The notes under the pieces: model-generated | Databases searched by the model: none | What the model saw: only the letters and a program-made list of their open reading frames with translations | What the model was told of the DNA's origin: nothing | Made by a program: the position numbers and the translations under genes | Origin: an uncultured Chloroflexia bacterium | GTDB taxonomy: Bacteria > Chloroflexota > Limnocylindria > Limnocylindrales > CSP1-4 | DNA: 64,000 nucleotides | Direction: 5' to 3' | Assembly (NCBI GenBank): GCA_963825545.1 | Contig: CAWGTR010000006.1 | Span: 223,475-287,474, forward strand | Shown here: positions 1 to 8,664 of the stretch, in pieces | Layout: every line of letters begins with the position of its first letter | Position numbering within the stretch: position 1 is the stretch's first letter

Positions 1-225
1 CGGACCGAGGACCTGGCCTCGGGCGAGAACCTGGTCTTCGCGGCGACCGGGGTCACGAGCGGCGACCTGCTGCACGGCGTCCGCTTCTTCGGCGGCGGGG
101 CGCGGACGCACTCGCTCGTGATGGCCTACCAGTCGAAGCAGGTCCGCTTCGTCGACACCGTCCGCGATGTTCGACCGGGATCGGCCGCCGGCGGTTCGGC
201 TCTAGGAGGCGCGATCGATGGCTGA
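1..225 (+). CDS. glpX: fructose-1,6-bisphosphatase class II (GlpX), C-terminal fragment; 5' end outside window
   Basis: Frame 1 is open from the window edge to TGA 223-225. Translation ...[45 protein letters not shown]... matches the conserved GlpX C-terminus. Confidence 0.8.
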   Translation, partial: RTEDLASGENLVFAATGVTSGDLLHGVRFFGGGARTHSLVMAYQSKQVRFVDTVRDVRPGSAAGGSALGGAIDG

Positions 226-418
226 ACGACCGCAGCGCGGGTGGCGTGACCGCCTCCGACGGTGGCTCGACGGCGTGCTTCCGACACCACCGGACATCGA
301 CGAAGCCCGCGCGGAGCAGGCACTCGAGGACGAAGGCCTGACACCGGCCGAAGCCGAGGAACGTCGAGCGCTCCGCATCAAGGCCCAGGAGAAGGAAGGG
401 AAGGGGTCCTACCGCTAG
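218..418 (+). CDS. small hypothetical protein (66 aa)
   Basis: ATG overlaps the glpX stop (ATGGCTGA). Codons are mostly GC3-rich and the sequence is charged/helical. No recognisable family. Confidence 0.4.
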   Translation: MAERPQRGWRDRLRRWLDGVLPTPPDIDEARAEQALEDEGLTPAEAEERRALRIKAQEKEGKGSYR

Positions 419-457
419 GTTGCCGTGAGCCCGGCGGCCTCGGCTGCAGAACCGGCA

Positions 458-1081
458 TCAGTCGAGAGGCTGCCAGGTCCGAAGCGACCGGCCCCAGCGC
501 GCGATCGGGACGGCCGCGTCGGGGCCCTCGGCGATCGAGCGGCGGGCACGGGCAGTGGCGACGCTCTCGCCCCAGCCGGGCGGGACGAGACCCGACGCAA
601 GGTCGGCGAGCGGGGCCAGGACGAACAGCCGCTCGCGCGCCTCGGGGTGCGGCACGACGAGCAGCCGGGCGGCCTTCGCCGGGTCAGTTCGGGCTTCGAC
701 CGAGCGACCCTCGGGCGGCCGCTCGACGGCGAGGCGGGCGCGGCCGAACACGAGCAGGTCCAGGTCGAGCTCGCGCGGTCCCCAGCGCCGCCGCGGGCGC
801 CGCCCGAACGCCCGCTCGAGGCCCTTGAGCGCGATGAGCAGCGCGAGGGCGCCCGTCGAGGGGTGCGGACCGGCCGGTACGTCGAGCGCCACGGCGGCGT
901 TGCGGAACGGAGGCTGGTCGGTCACGCCGACGGGCGTCGTCGTGTACAGCCGGGATACGCCGACAAGACGCACGCCCGGCAACGCCGCGAGCGCACGGAT
1001 CGCCGCCGCCATGGTGGCCGGCGCGTCGCCGACGTTCGCGCCCAGACCGACGTAGGCGCGTGTCCGTCTCGGCCTGGCCAT
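458..1081 (-). CDS. folK: 2-amino-4-hydroxy-6-hydroxymethyldihydropteridine diphosphokinase (HPPK)
   Basis: AYVGLGANVGD...QPPFRNAAVAL...RWGPRELDLDLL...VVPHPEARERLFVLAPLADL are HPPK landmarks. Confidence 0.85.
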   Translation of the reverse strand: MARPRRTRAYVGLGANVGDAPATMAAAIRALAALPGVRLVGVSRLYTTTPVGVTDQPPFRNAAVALDVPAGPHPSTGALALLIALKGLERAFGRRPRRRWGPRELDLDLLVFGRARLAVERPPEGRSVEARTDPAKAARLLVVPHPEARERLFVLAPLADLASGLVPPGWGESVATARARRSIAEGPDAAVPIARWGRSLRTWQPLD

Positions 1082-1128
1082 CCGCCGCTGCCCTCCGTCG
1101 GCGCCCGCACCGTCGCTAGACTCGCCCG

Positions 1129-2231
1129 ATGGGTGCCGTCGAGGTCATCATCCTCCACCCGCTGCCGGGCCCGGCGAGCGGACCGCTCGAACGCGCCCTG
1201 GCTGAGACACGCGCCGAGGTAGCCGAGCGGAACCGGGCCGGGTTCGAGCCGCCGGGGCCGCCCGGGTCACGATCGTCGGCGGCGCTCCCGACGGCCGCCC
1301 GTTCGGATCCCGCCTGCCCGAGCTGCTCGCCACGGTCCGCCGCGGCCACGGGCTCGTCCTCCTGGGGTCGGGGGCGCTGCCGCTGGCGACGACCACCGAT
1401 CGCCGGGCGTTCGTCGCCGCGGCGGCCGCGGCCGCGCCTCGGGCGCTCGCGAACAACCGCTACTCCGCCGACGTCGTTGCAGTCTCCGCGTCGACGCTTC
1501 CCATCCTCGCCCGTCTGCCGCGCGAGTTCCCGGCCGACAACGCGCTGCCGCGCTGGCTGGTGGAGATCGGCGCAGTGCCGGTCGAAGACCTGCGGCGGCG
1601 CTGGCGGCTGGCGGTCGACCTCGACTCGCCACTCGATGCGATCCTCGTCGCCGCCGCCCGACGCCCGGGTCGGTCGGACCCGTACGTGCCGGCTGAGCTG
1701 GGGGACCGCGGCGAGGCCGTCGTCGCGCGGATCGAACGGCTCCGGTCGATCCTCGCGGACGCGCGCGCCGAGCTCGTCGTGGCCGGCCGGACCTCCGCGG
1801 CCACGCTCGTCTGGCTGGAGCGCTCCGCGCGCTGCCGGATCCGGGCGGTCGTCGAGGAGCGTGGCCTCCGGGCGTCGAGCCGCCTGGCGCTCGGGCCGGC
1901 CAGCCGGGCGCCGGCCCGCCGCCCACGGTCGCTCCTGGCGATGGCGCTCGAGCACGACGGCCCGGCGGCGCTCGGAGCGCGGCTCGCCGAACTCGGTGAC
2001 GGCGCACTCGTCGACACCCGGGTCCTGCTGGCCGACCGGCTTGGTGCGGACGAGGCGGCCTGGCCGCGACCGGAAGCGCGCTACGCGTCGGACCTGCTCG
2101 ATGCGACGGCCGTCGGCGAGCCGTGGCTCGCGGCCCTGACCGCAGCGGCGGCCGGCGCGACGATCCCGATCCTCCTGGGCGGCCACTCGCTTGTCGGACC
2201 GGGCATCCGGTTGATCGGTTCGCGGCGCTGA
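1129..2231 (+). CDS. hypothetical protein; reading frame broken near 1250
   Basis: A protein-like N-terminus (MGAVEVIILHPLPGPASGPLERALAETRAEVAERNRAGFE) runs from ATG 1129 in one frame. The protein-like continuation (ARVTIVGGAPDGRPFGSRLPELLATVRRGHGLVLLGSGALPL...) lies in the -1 frame, which has no start codon before GTG 1560 and runs to TGA 2229-2231. The two frames meet at the G/C run around 1245-1262. Confidence 0.5.
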
Positions 2232-2233
2232 GG

Positions 2234-3451
2234 ATGGACGGGTTCGAGGCCGGCCTGCGGCGCGTCCCCGGGCCGGAGCCGCTGCCCGTCAAGGGCGAGC
2301 CACGGCTTGTCGAGCGGATCCGCGCCGAGATCGCTTCGACCGGGCCACTGACGTTCGACCGATTCATGGAGCTCGCGCTCTACGAGCCGGATCTCGGCTA
2401 CTACCGCTCGCCGGCCGAGCGACCCGGTCGGGGTGGCGACTTCCTCACCGCGCCCGAGACGCACCCGATCTTCGGGGCGACGCTCGCCCGTCAGCTCGAC
2501 GAGGTTTACCGGCGGCTCGGCTCGCCGGGCCGGTTCGTCGTCCGCGAGTACGGCGCCGGGTCGGGGACGCTCGGACTGACGATCCTCCAGGCGATCGCCG
2601 GCGAGGGCCGTCTCGGCGAGGTCGCCGCGTCCCCGGCGCTTGCCCGGGCGATCCGCTACGCCCCGGTCGAGATCAACCCCTACCGTCGGGCAGAGCTCAT
2701 CGATCGGCTCACGGGCGCCGGGTTCGGCGGCGCCCTCGAGCTCGACCTCACGCCCGGCGTCGCCGTGCCCGGGGCGGTCGTCGCCAACGAGTTCCTCGAC
2801 GCGCTGCCGGTCCATCGCGTCGTCGGCCGGGCGGGCGGTGTGCGCGAGCTCCGGGTCGACTGGGCGGGTGACGGGTTCGCCGAGGTCGAGGCGGACCCAT
2901 CGACCCCGGCGATCGAGGCGCGGCTCGCGGCGGAGGGGATCGTGCTCGAGGACGGCATCCGGGCGGAGGTCTGTCTCGCGATCGACGGCTGGGTGGACGA
3001 AGTCGCGGCCGGCCTGGAGGGCGGGATCGTCGTCGTAATCGACTACGGCCGGGTGGCGATCGAGCTGTACGGCAGGCAGCGCCCGGCGGGCACGCTGATG
3101 GCCTACGCCGGCCATCGCGCGCACGACGATTGGGCCGTCGCCGTGGGTCGCCAGGACCTGACCGCCCACGTCGACTTCAGCGCCGTCGAGCGGGCCGCCG
3201 GCGCGGTCGGGCTCGACCAGCTGGGGCTGACCACCCAGGCCGAGTTCCTCGTCGGGGCCGGGATCGAGGAGCTGCTCGAATCGATCCGCTCCGATCCGTC
3301 GACCACGATCGAGTCCTGGCTGGCCGTCCGCTCGGCCGTCCGGCGACTGCTCGATCCGCGCGCGACCGGTGGCTTCCGCGTGGCGTTGCTCGGTCGTGGG
3401 ATCCCGATCGAGCCAGCGCTGCACGGCCTCGCCTACCGCCTCGGGCGCTGA
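2234..3451 (+). CDS. MidA/NDUFAF7-family (DUF185) SAM-dependent methyltransferase
   Basis: GGDFLTAPETHPIFGATLARQLDEVY...VREYGAGSGTLGLTIL and the C-terminal DLTAHVDFS motif are typical of the family. ATG 2234 follows the upstream stop (TGAGGATG). The ORF-track start at 2123 lies inside the previous gene. Confidence 0.8.
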   Translation: MDGFEAGLRRVPGPEPLPVKGEPRLVERIRAEIASTGPLTFDRFMELALYEPDLGYYRSPAERPGRGGDFLTAPETHPIFGATLARQLDEVYRRLGSPGRFVVREYGAGSGTLGLTILQAIAGEGRLGEVAASPALARAIRYAPVEINPYRRAELIDRLTGAGFGGALELDLTPGVAVPGAVVANEFLDALPVHRVVGRAGGVRELRVDWAGDGFAEVEADPSTPAIEARLAAEGIVLEDGIRAEVCLAIDGWVDEVAAGLEGGIVVVIDYGRVAIELYGRQRPAGTLMAYAGHRAHDDWAVAVGRQDLTAHVDFSAVERAAGAVGLDQLGLTTQAEFLVGAGIEELLESIRSDPSTTIESWLAVRSAVRRLLDPRATGGFRVALLGRGIPIEPALHGLAYRLGR

Positions 3452-3650
3452 TTCGGGGGCCCCGAAGTACGGCATTCGCCCTATTGTCGGCGGACCCGCG
3501 AGGGGCGCAGGCTGGACTCGCCGGGGGGCGGCTCGCATCCCTGCTACGCGCGCTCGGCGCGAGTCGTCCCCCGGTATCCCATACCCCCTCCGGACCGTTC
3601 GGCGAGTACGCCCGGCGGTGCCTCGCCCGGGCGCCCGCGAGGGCGACCGC

Positions 3651-3659
3651 TGCTAGAAT
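3651..3659 (+). promoter_or_regulatory. candidate extended -10 element (TGcTAGAAT) upstream of nuoA
   Basis: This is the only AT-rich hexamer in the 328-bp gap before nuoA and it has a TG at -15/-14. There is no convincing -35. Confidence 0.3.
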
Positions 3660-3779
3660 TGAGCGGCGTGGACCGCCCGGTCCCGTATGTCGTCCCGTGC
3701 CCGCACGGTTCCACATTCGCCGCGTCATGGAAACGCCGCCCAGCCGCCACAGCAAGCGGGGCGTGTCCGCGAGGTTGGA

Positions 3780-4136
3780 TTGACCGCCATCTGGTACGTC
3801 GTCGGGTTCGCCTTCGCCGGCGTCTCGTTCGTCCTGCTGACGATCGGCGCGGCCTGGCTGATCTCGCATCGGAACCGCGGGGACGAGCACAAGGGCCTCC
3901 CCTACGAGTCGGGGATCGACACCTTCGGCGACACCCACGGGCGGTTCGGGCTGTCGTTCTACATCTACGCCTTGCTGTTCGTGGCGTTCGACATCGAGGT
4001 GGTCTTCATCTACCTCTGGGCGATCGTCTTCCGGGATCTCCTCATCGGCGGCTTCGTGAGCATGCTCGTGTTCGTGGCGGTCCTGCTGCTCGGGCTGGCC
4101 TACGCCTGGCGGAAGGGCGTCCTCACGTGGCGCTGA
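3780..4136 (+). CDS. nuoA: NADH-quinone oxidoreductase subunit A
   Basis: Three TM segments plus YESGI...FDIEVVFIYLWA motifs. TTG 3780 is preceded by GAGG. The longer ORF-track start at 3687 adds a non-conserved leader. Confidence 0.85.
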   Translation: MTAIWYVVGFAFAGVSFVLLTIGAAWLISHRNRGDEHKGLPYESGIDTFGDTHGRFGLSFYIYALLFVAFDIEVVFIYLWAIVFRDLLIGGFVSMLVFVAVLLLGLAYAWRKGVLTWR

Positions 4137-4858
4137 AGGGCAACCCCCCGGCGGCGGACCTTCCCGCGCCGGCAGCGCCCGACGCAGCGACGAACGCGGT
4201 CGTGGTCGCCGGCGGGCGCGACCTGATCGTGCCGATCGTGGTCCCGAACACGCTCTGGGAATCGCCCACCACGGCGGCGTACGGCGGCCAGCCCGTCGGC
4301 GACACCCACCTGCGCGAGTTCGGGGCGACCGAGCTGGGGCGCCACGACGACGCCCGCTGGGGCGCCCTCGAGGTGATCCCGACGAAGGCGGACATCGTCC
4401 TCGACCTGATCCGGGCCAACAGCCTCTGGCCGCTGCTGTCGGGGCTGGCCTGCTGCGCGATCGAGATGATGTCGGCGGCGACCTCGAAGAACGACATGGA
4501 CCGCTGGGGCATGTTCCCGTTCCGGGCCAGCCCGCGCCAGGCCGACGTGCTGATCGTCGCCGGCACGCTGACGACGAAGATGGCCGGTCCGCTCATCCGC
4601 CTGTGGGAGCAGATGCCCGAGCCGAAGTGGTGTGTCGCGATGGGCGACTGCACCTGCTCGGGCGGCCGCTACAAGCGCAGCTACTCGACGATCCAGGGGA
4701 TCGACCGGGTCCTCCCGGTCGACGTCTACGTGCCCGGCTGCCCGCCCCGCCCGGAAGGGCTGATCTACGGGATGATGCGGCTCCAGCAGCTCGTCCTGGA
4801 GCGGCGCGGCCACTGGCCGGAGCGAGCGATCGGCCCGACGGTCCCGGACGGGGTCTGA
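4127..4858 (+). CDS. nuoB: NADH-quinone oxidoreductase subunit B (N2 cluster subunit) with an N-terminal extension
   Basis: SLWPLLSGLACCAIEMM, ASPRQADVLIVAGT, GDCTCSGG and VPGCPPRPE. GTG 4127 overlaps the nuoA stop. The start is uncertain because several in-frame GTGs lie downstream. Confidence 0.85.
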   Translation: MALKGNPPAADLPAPAAPDAATNAVVVAGGRDLIVPIVVPNTLWESPTTAAYGGQPVGDTHLREFGATELGRHDDARWGALEVIPTKADIVLDLIRANSLWPLLSGLACCAIEMMSAATSKNDMDRWGMFPFRASPRQADVLIVAGTLTTKMAGPLIRLWEQMPEPKWCVAMGDCTCSGGRYKRSYSTIQGIDRVLPVDVYVPGCPPRPEGLIYGMMRLQQLVLERRGHWPERAIGPTVPDGV

Positions 4859-4863
4859 GCGCG

Positions 4864-5416
4864 ATGGATCGAGCCCTCAAGCGCCGCCTCGAGGCCCGCT
4901 TCGGAGAGCGGCTGCTCGGACCCGTCCGGCAGCGCCACGACGAGACCGAGATCCGGGTCGCGCCGGGCGACCTGCCCGAGGTGATGCGCGCCCTCCACGA
5001 CGAGCCCGACCTGCGCTTCGAGTCGCTGATGGACCTGTGCGGCGTCGACACCGGGACCGCGATGCAGACGGTCTACCACCTGTGGAGCGCGCACCACCTC
5101 GGACTGGCTCCGGGTGATCGCCGACGGCCTGTCCCGCGACGAGCCTCGGGTCCCGTCGGTCACCTTCCTGTGGAAGGGCGCCGAGTGGCAGGAGCGCGAG
5201 GCGTACGACATGTTCGGGATCGCGTTCGAGGGGAACCGCGACCTGCGCCGGATCTATATGCCGCCGGACTACACGAGCTTCCCGCTGCGCAAGGACTTCT
5301 ACCTGCCCGATGACGCCGCCCGCTCGCCCGGCGGCGGTGTCCGCCAGATGGAGCAGACCCACGCCCCGACGAACGCCACGGCCGAGGCGGCCGTGCGCCG
5401 CGCCAAGGTGAGCTGA
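4864..5416 (+). CDS. nuoC: NADH-quinone oxidoreductase subunit C, interrupted by a +1 frame change near 5095
   Basis: The N-terminal part ([21 protein letters not shown]...[10 protein letters not shown]) is in the frame of ATG 4864. The conserved C-terminal part ([66 protein letters not shown]) is in the next frame, ending at 5416. Confidence 0.8.
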
Positions 5417-5426
5417 GGTCGATCGG

Positions 5427-6644
5427 ATGACCGTCGTTCGCCATCCGTCCGCCGACGACCCGCGGGTCATGCTCGACGAGGAGGTCGGGGTCTTCGAGCC
5501 CGTCCCGCCGTATCCCCCGCGGACCGAGCGTGAGGCCGAGTTCTACTCGCTCGGCGCGGGCGAGATGTTCATCAACATGGGGCCCCAGCACCCATCGACC
5601 CACGGCGTCCTGCGGGTCGTCCTCAAGATCGAGGGCGAGCGGGTCGTGGACCTCGACCCGGTCCTCGGCTACCTCCACCGCGGGGTCGAGAAGCTGTGCG
5701 AGAACGCCGACTACCACCACACGATCGCCTACACCGACCCGCTCGAGTACGTCAGCGCGCTGTTCAACGAATGGGCGCCGGTGATGGCCTTCGAGAAGCT
5801 GCTCGACGTCGAGGTGCCCCGCCGGGCCGAATACATCCGGGTCCTGTCCGGGGAGCTCAACCGGGTCGCCAGCCACGCCCTGTTCATGGGCTGGATGGCG
5901 CTCGACCTGGGCGGCCTCACCCCGATCCTGTGGAGCTTCATCGAGCGCGACGACATCGTCGACATGCTCGCCTCGCTGACCGGCCAGCGGATGCTCTTCA
6001 ACTACTTCCGGATCGGCGGCGTCAACGGCGACCTGAACCACGAGTTCATGAGCCGGCTCGGGACGTGGATGAGCAAGGCGACCGAGCAGATCGAGGCGAA
6101 CATCACGCTGCTCAACGAGAACGAGATCTTCGTCCGGCGGATGCGCGGCCTGGGAATCCTCGACCGTGAGACGGCCTTCCGGATGTGCATGACCGGCCCG
6201 AACATCCGCGCCTCGGGCGTGCCGCTCGACATGCGCCGCTCGCACCCGTACAGCGTTTACCCGGAGCTCGAGTTCGACATCCCGACCCGCCAGGAGGGCG
6301 ACTGCCTGGCGCGCTACCTCCTCCGCCTCGAGGAGATCAAGCAGAGCCTCCGGATCATCGACCAGTGCCTGAACCAGATGCCCGACGGGCCGATCATGGC
6401 CAAGCTGCCGCGGCTCATGCGACCCCGACCCGGGCGGGCCTACGCGGCCGTCGAGGGTCCGCGCGGCCAGTACGCGACCTATGCGATCAGTGACGGGACG
6501 GACCAGCCGTACCGGATGCGGATCCACGACCCGAGCTTCGTCCACCTCCAGGCCGTCGGGCTGCTGACGCCCGGCAACCTGATCGCCGACACGATGGCGA
6601 TCATGGCCTCGCTCGATCCGATCATGGGCGGCGTCGACAAGTAG
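5427..6644 (+). CDS. nuoD: NADH-quinone oxidoreductase subunit D
   Basis: NMGPQHPSTHGVLR, LGYLHRGVEKL and the C-terminal SLDPIMGGVDK. 405 aa. Confidence 0.95.
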   Translation: MTVVRHPSADDPRVMLDEEVGVFEPVPPYPPRTEREAEFYSLGAGEMFINMGPQHPSTHGVLRVVLKIEGERVVDLDPVLGYLHRGVEKLCENADYHHTIAYTDPLEYVSALFNEWAPVMAFEKLLDVEVPRRAEYIRVLSGELNRVASHALFMGWMALDLGGLTPILWSFIERDDIVDMLASLTGQRMLFNYFRIGGVNGDLNHEFMSRLGTWMSKATEQIEANITLLNENEIFVRRMRGLGILDRETAFRMCMTGPNIRASGVPLDMRRSHPYSVYPELEFDIPTRQEGDCLARYLLRLEEIKQSLRIIDQCLNQMPDGPIMAKLPRLMRPRPGRAYAAVEGPRGQYATYAISDGTDQPYRMRIHDPSFVHLQAVGLLTPGNLIADTMAIMASLDPIMGGVDK

Positions 6645-7991
6645 ATGACGATGCTCAGCCGCTCGTTCGGCCGCCTGACCCTGCCGGGCAAGATCATCTT
6701 CACGGTCGTCCCCCTCGTCCTCATCGTCGGCGGGGTGGCCACGGCGGCCGCGATCATCGCCGCGCCGCTCGTCATCGACTTCGTCGGGGCGAACCTGCCG
6801 CTCTTCCGGTTCGTGCTGGCGGCGACGGTCGTGCTGCTGATGACCGTCCCGACGGCGTTCCTGATCATCTACATGGAGATGAAGGTCATCGCCCTGATGA
6901 ACCTTCGCTACGGGCCGGACCGGGTGGGCCCGTTCGGCTCGCTCCTGTCGGTCGTGCACGGGCTCAAGGTCCTGATGAAGGAGGACTTCACCCCGACCGG
7001 TGCCGACTCGGTGGTCTTCACCTGGGCGCCGGTGGTCGTCTACATGGCCAGCGTGATGACCCTGCTGGTGCTGCCGTTCGCCCCGGGCCTGTTCGGGCAG
7101 GACCTCAACATCGGGCTGCTGTACTTCTTCGCGATGGGCGGGCTGGGCGTCGTCGGGCTGCTCATGGCCGGCTGGTCGAGCTTCAACAAGTACTCGCTGC
7201 TCGGCGGGCTGCGCTCGGCGGCGCAGGTCGTCAGCTACGAGATTCCGCTGACCCTGTCGGTCGTCGGGATCATCCTCCTTGCCGGGACCCTGAGCCTCAA
7301 CAAGATCACGCTCGACCAGTCCGGCAGCCTGTTCGACTGGTTCGTGTTCAAGCAGCCGCTGGCGTTCCTCATCTTCTTCATCGCCGCTACGGCCGAGGCC
7401 AACCGGACGCCGTTCGACCTGACCGAGGCCGACTCGGAGATCGTGGCCGGGTTCGCCACCGAGTACTCGGGGATGCGCTTCGGGTTCTTCTTCTTCGCCG
7501 AGTACGTGAACGTGTTCATCATCTCGGGGCTCACCGTCGCGCTCTTCTTCGGCGGCTGGAACGCCCCGTTCGACTGGCCCTGGCCGATCACGCCGCACCC
7601 GGATCCGGGCGGCATGGGGGTCGGCCTGCTCGTCGCCATCGGGCTCGTGCCGCCGATCCTGATCCTCGTCCTCGGGCTGCCGTTCTATCTCGTCAACAGC
7701 CGGACGAAGCTGTGGCAGGCCCTGGTGATCGGGTTCGTCCTGTTCAACGTCCTCGCGGTCGCCGCGCTCATCGGGCTTGCCTTCCTCAGCTTCGACTGGG
7801 TCGTCGGCCTGTTCTGGTTCCTGATGAAGACGTACGCCTTCGTGTTCATGTTCGTCTGGATGCGCGGCACGCTGCCGCGGGTCCGGATCGACCAGCTCAT
7901 GGGCTTCGCCTGGAAGTGGCTGCTGCCCGCCTCGCTGCTCAACCTGTTCGTGACCGCCCTGGCGATCGTGCTCGTCGAGGGCGTTCGATGA
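6645..7991 (+). CDS. nuoH: NADH-quinone oxidoreductase subunit H, enlarged (448 aa; extra N-terminal and internal TM segments)
   Basis: EMKVIALMNLRYGPDRVGPFG, AAQVVSYEIPL, AEANRTPFDLTEADSEIVAGFATEYSG and RGTLPRVRIDQLM. Confidence 0.9.
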   Translation: MTMLSRSFGRLTLPGKIIFTVVPLVLIVGGVATAAAIIAAPLVIDFVGANLPLFRFVLAATVVLLMTVPTAFLIIYMEMKVIALMNLRYGPDRVGPFGSLLSVVHGLKVLMKEDFTPTGADSVVFTWAPVVVYMASVMTLLVLPFAPGLFGQDLNIGLLYFFAMGGLGVVGLLMAGWSSFNKYSLLGGLRSAAQVVSYEIPLTLSVVGIILLAGTLSLNKITLDQSGSLFDWFVFKQPLAFLIFFIAATAEANRTPFDLTEADSEIVAGFATEYSGMRFGFFFFAEYVNVFIISGLTVALFFGGWNAPFDWPWPITPHPDPGGMGVGLLVAIGLVPPILILVLGLPFYLVNSRTKLWQALVIGFVLFNVLAVAALIGLAFLSFDWVVGLFWFLMKTYAFVFMFVWMRGTLPRVRIDQLMGFAWKWLLPASLLNLFVTALAIVLVEGVR

Positions 7992-8001
7992 GCGCCGGGC
8001 G

Positions 8002-8664
8002 ATGACGTTCGTCCCGGGCCTTGGCCTCGTCAAGGGGATGGCGCTGACCCTGCGCCGCTTCTTCGAGCCGAAGGTGACGAACCTGTACCCGGAGGTCCCC
8101 GCCCAGATCCCGCCCAAGTTCCGCGGCCGGCTGCAGCTCCTGTACGACGAGTGGGGCACGCTCAAGTGCGAGACCTGCTTCCAGTGCGCCCAGGCCTGCC
8201 CGATCGAGTGCATCGACATGGGCGGTACCGACACCAAGGGCCGTTACGCCGTCCACTGGGGGGCGCCCGAGACGTACGGCGAACGGCGCGAGGAGTCGGC
8301 CCTCCGGCGGTCGGGCCGGACCGTGCCCGACCCCGCTTACGAGCACTTCCACGGGATCGATCTGGCGGCCGTGGATGCCGTTCTCGACGAGGTCGACCAC
8401 GATCCGCGCGAGATGCTCCGGATCCTGGCCGCGATCCAGGACGCGTACGGCTACGTACCCGTGGCCGCGCTCAAGCGGGTCAGCGAGGCGACCGGCGCGT
8501 GGTACGCGATGCTGTATGGCACGGCGACCTACTACGACCACCTCGCGGTCGGGGCACGGGAGACGGCGCCGAGCGCCGACGACGCCTACGTCGGAGCGCT
8601 CGAGGGGGCCCTCCACGGTGGCATCGACGACGGGGCGGCGAGCCGGGACGCGGGCGCCCGATGA
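8002..8664 (+). CDS. nuoI: NuoI-like ferredoxin half fused to a NuoE N-terminal helical domain (I::E' chimera)
   Basis: The N-terminal half carries NLYPEVPAQIPPKFRGR and one CETCFQCAQACP motif, as in NuoI. The C-terminal half carries MLRILAAIQDAYGYVPVAALKRVSEATGAWYAMLYGTATYYDHL, as in the NuoE four-helix domain. I see only 5 Cys in total, no second CxxCxxCxxxCP, and no thioredoxin-like 2Fe-2S part. Confidence 0.75.
   Translation: MTFVPGLGLVKGMALTLRRFFEPKVTNLYPEVPAQIPPKFRGRLQLLYDEWGTLKCETCFQCAQACPIECIDMGGTDTKGRYAVHWGAPETYGERREESALRRSGRTVPDPAYEHFHGIDLAAVDAVLDEVDHDPREMLRILAAIQDAYGYVPVAALKRVSEATGAWYAMLYGTATYYDHLAVGARETAPSADDAYVGALEGALHGGIDDGAASRDAGAR

Noticed and set aside
5160-8237. 1025-aa minus-strand ORF
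   Set aside because: It is antisense to nuoC, nuoD and nuoH. It is an Arg/Asp/Pro/Gly-rich low-complexity translation with no motifs, the typical stop-free antisense frame of a high-GC genome.
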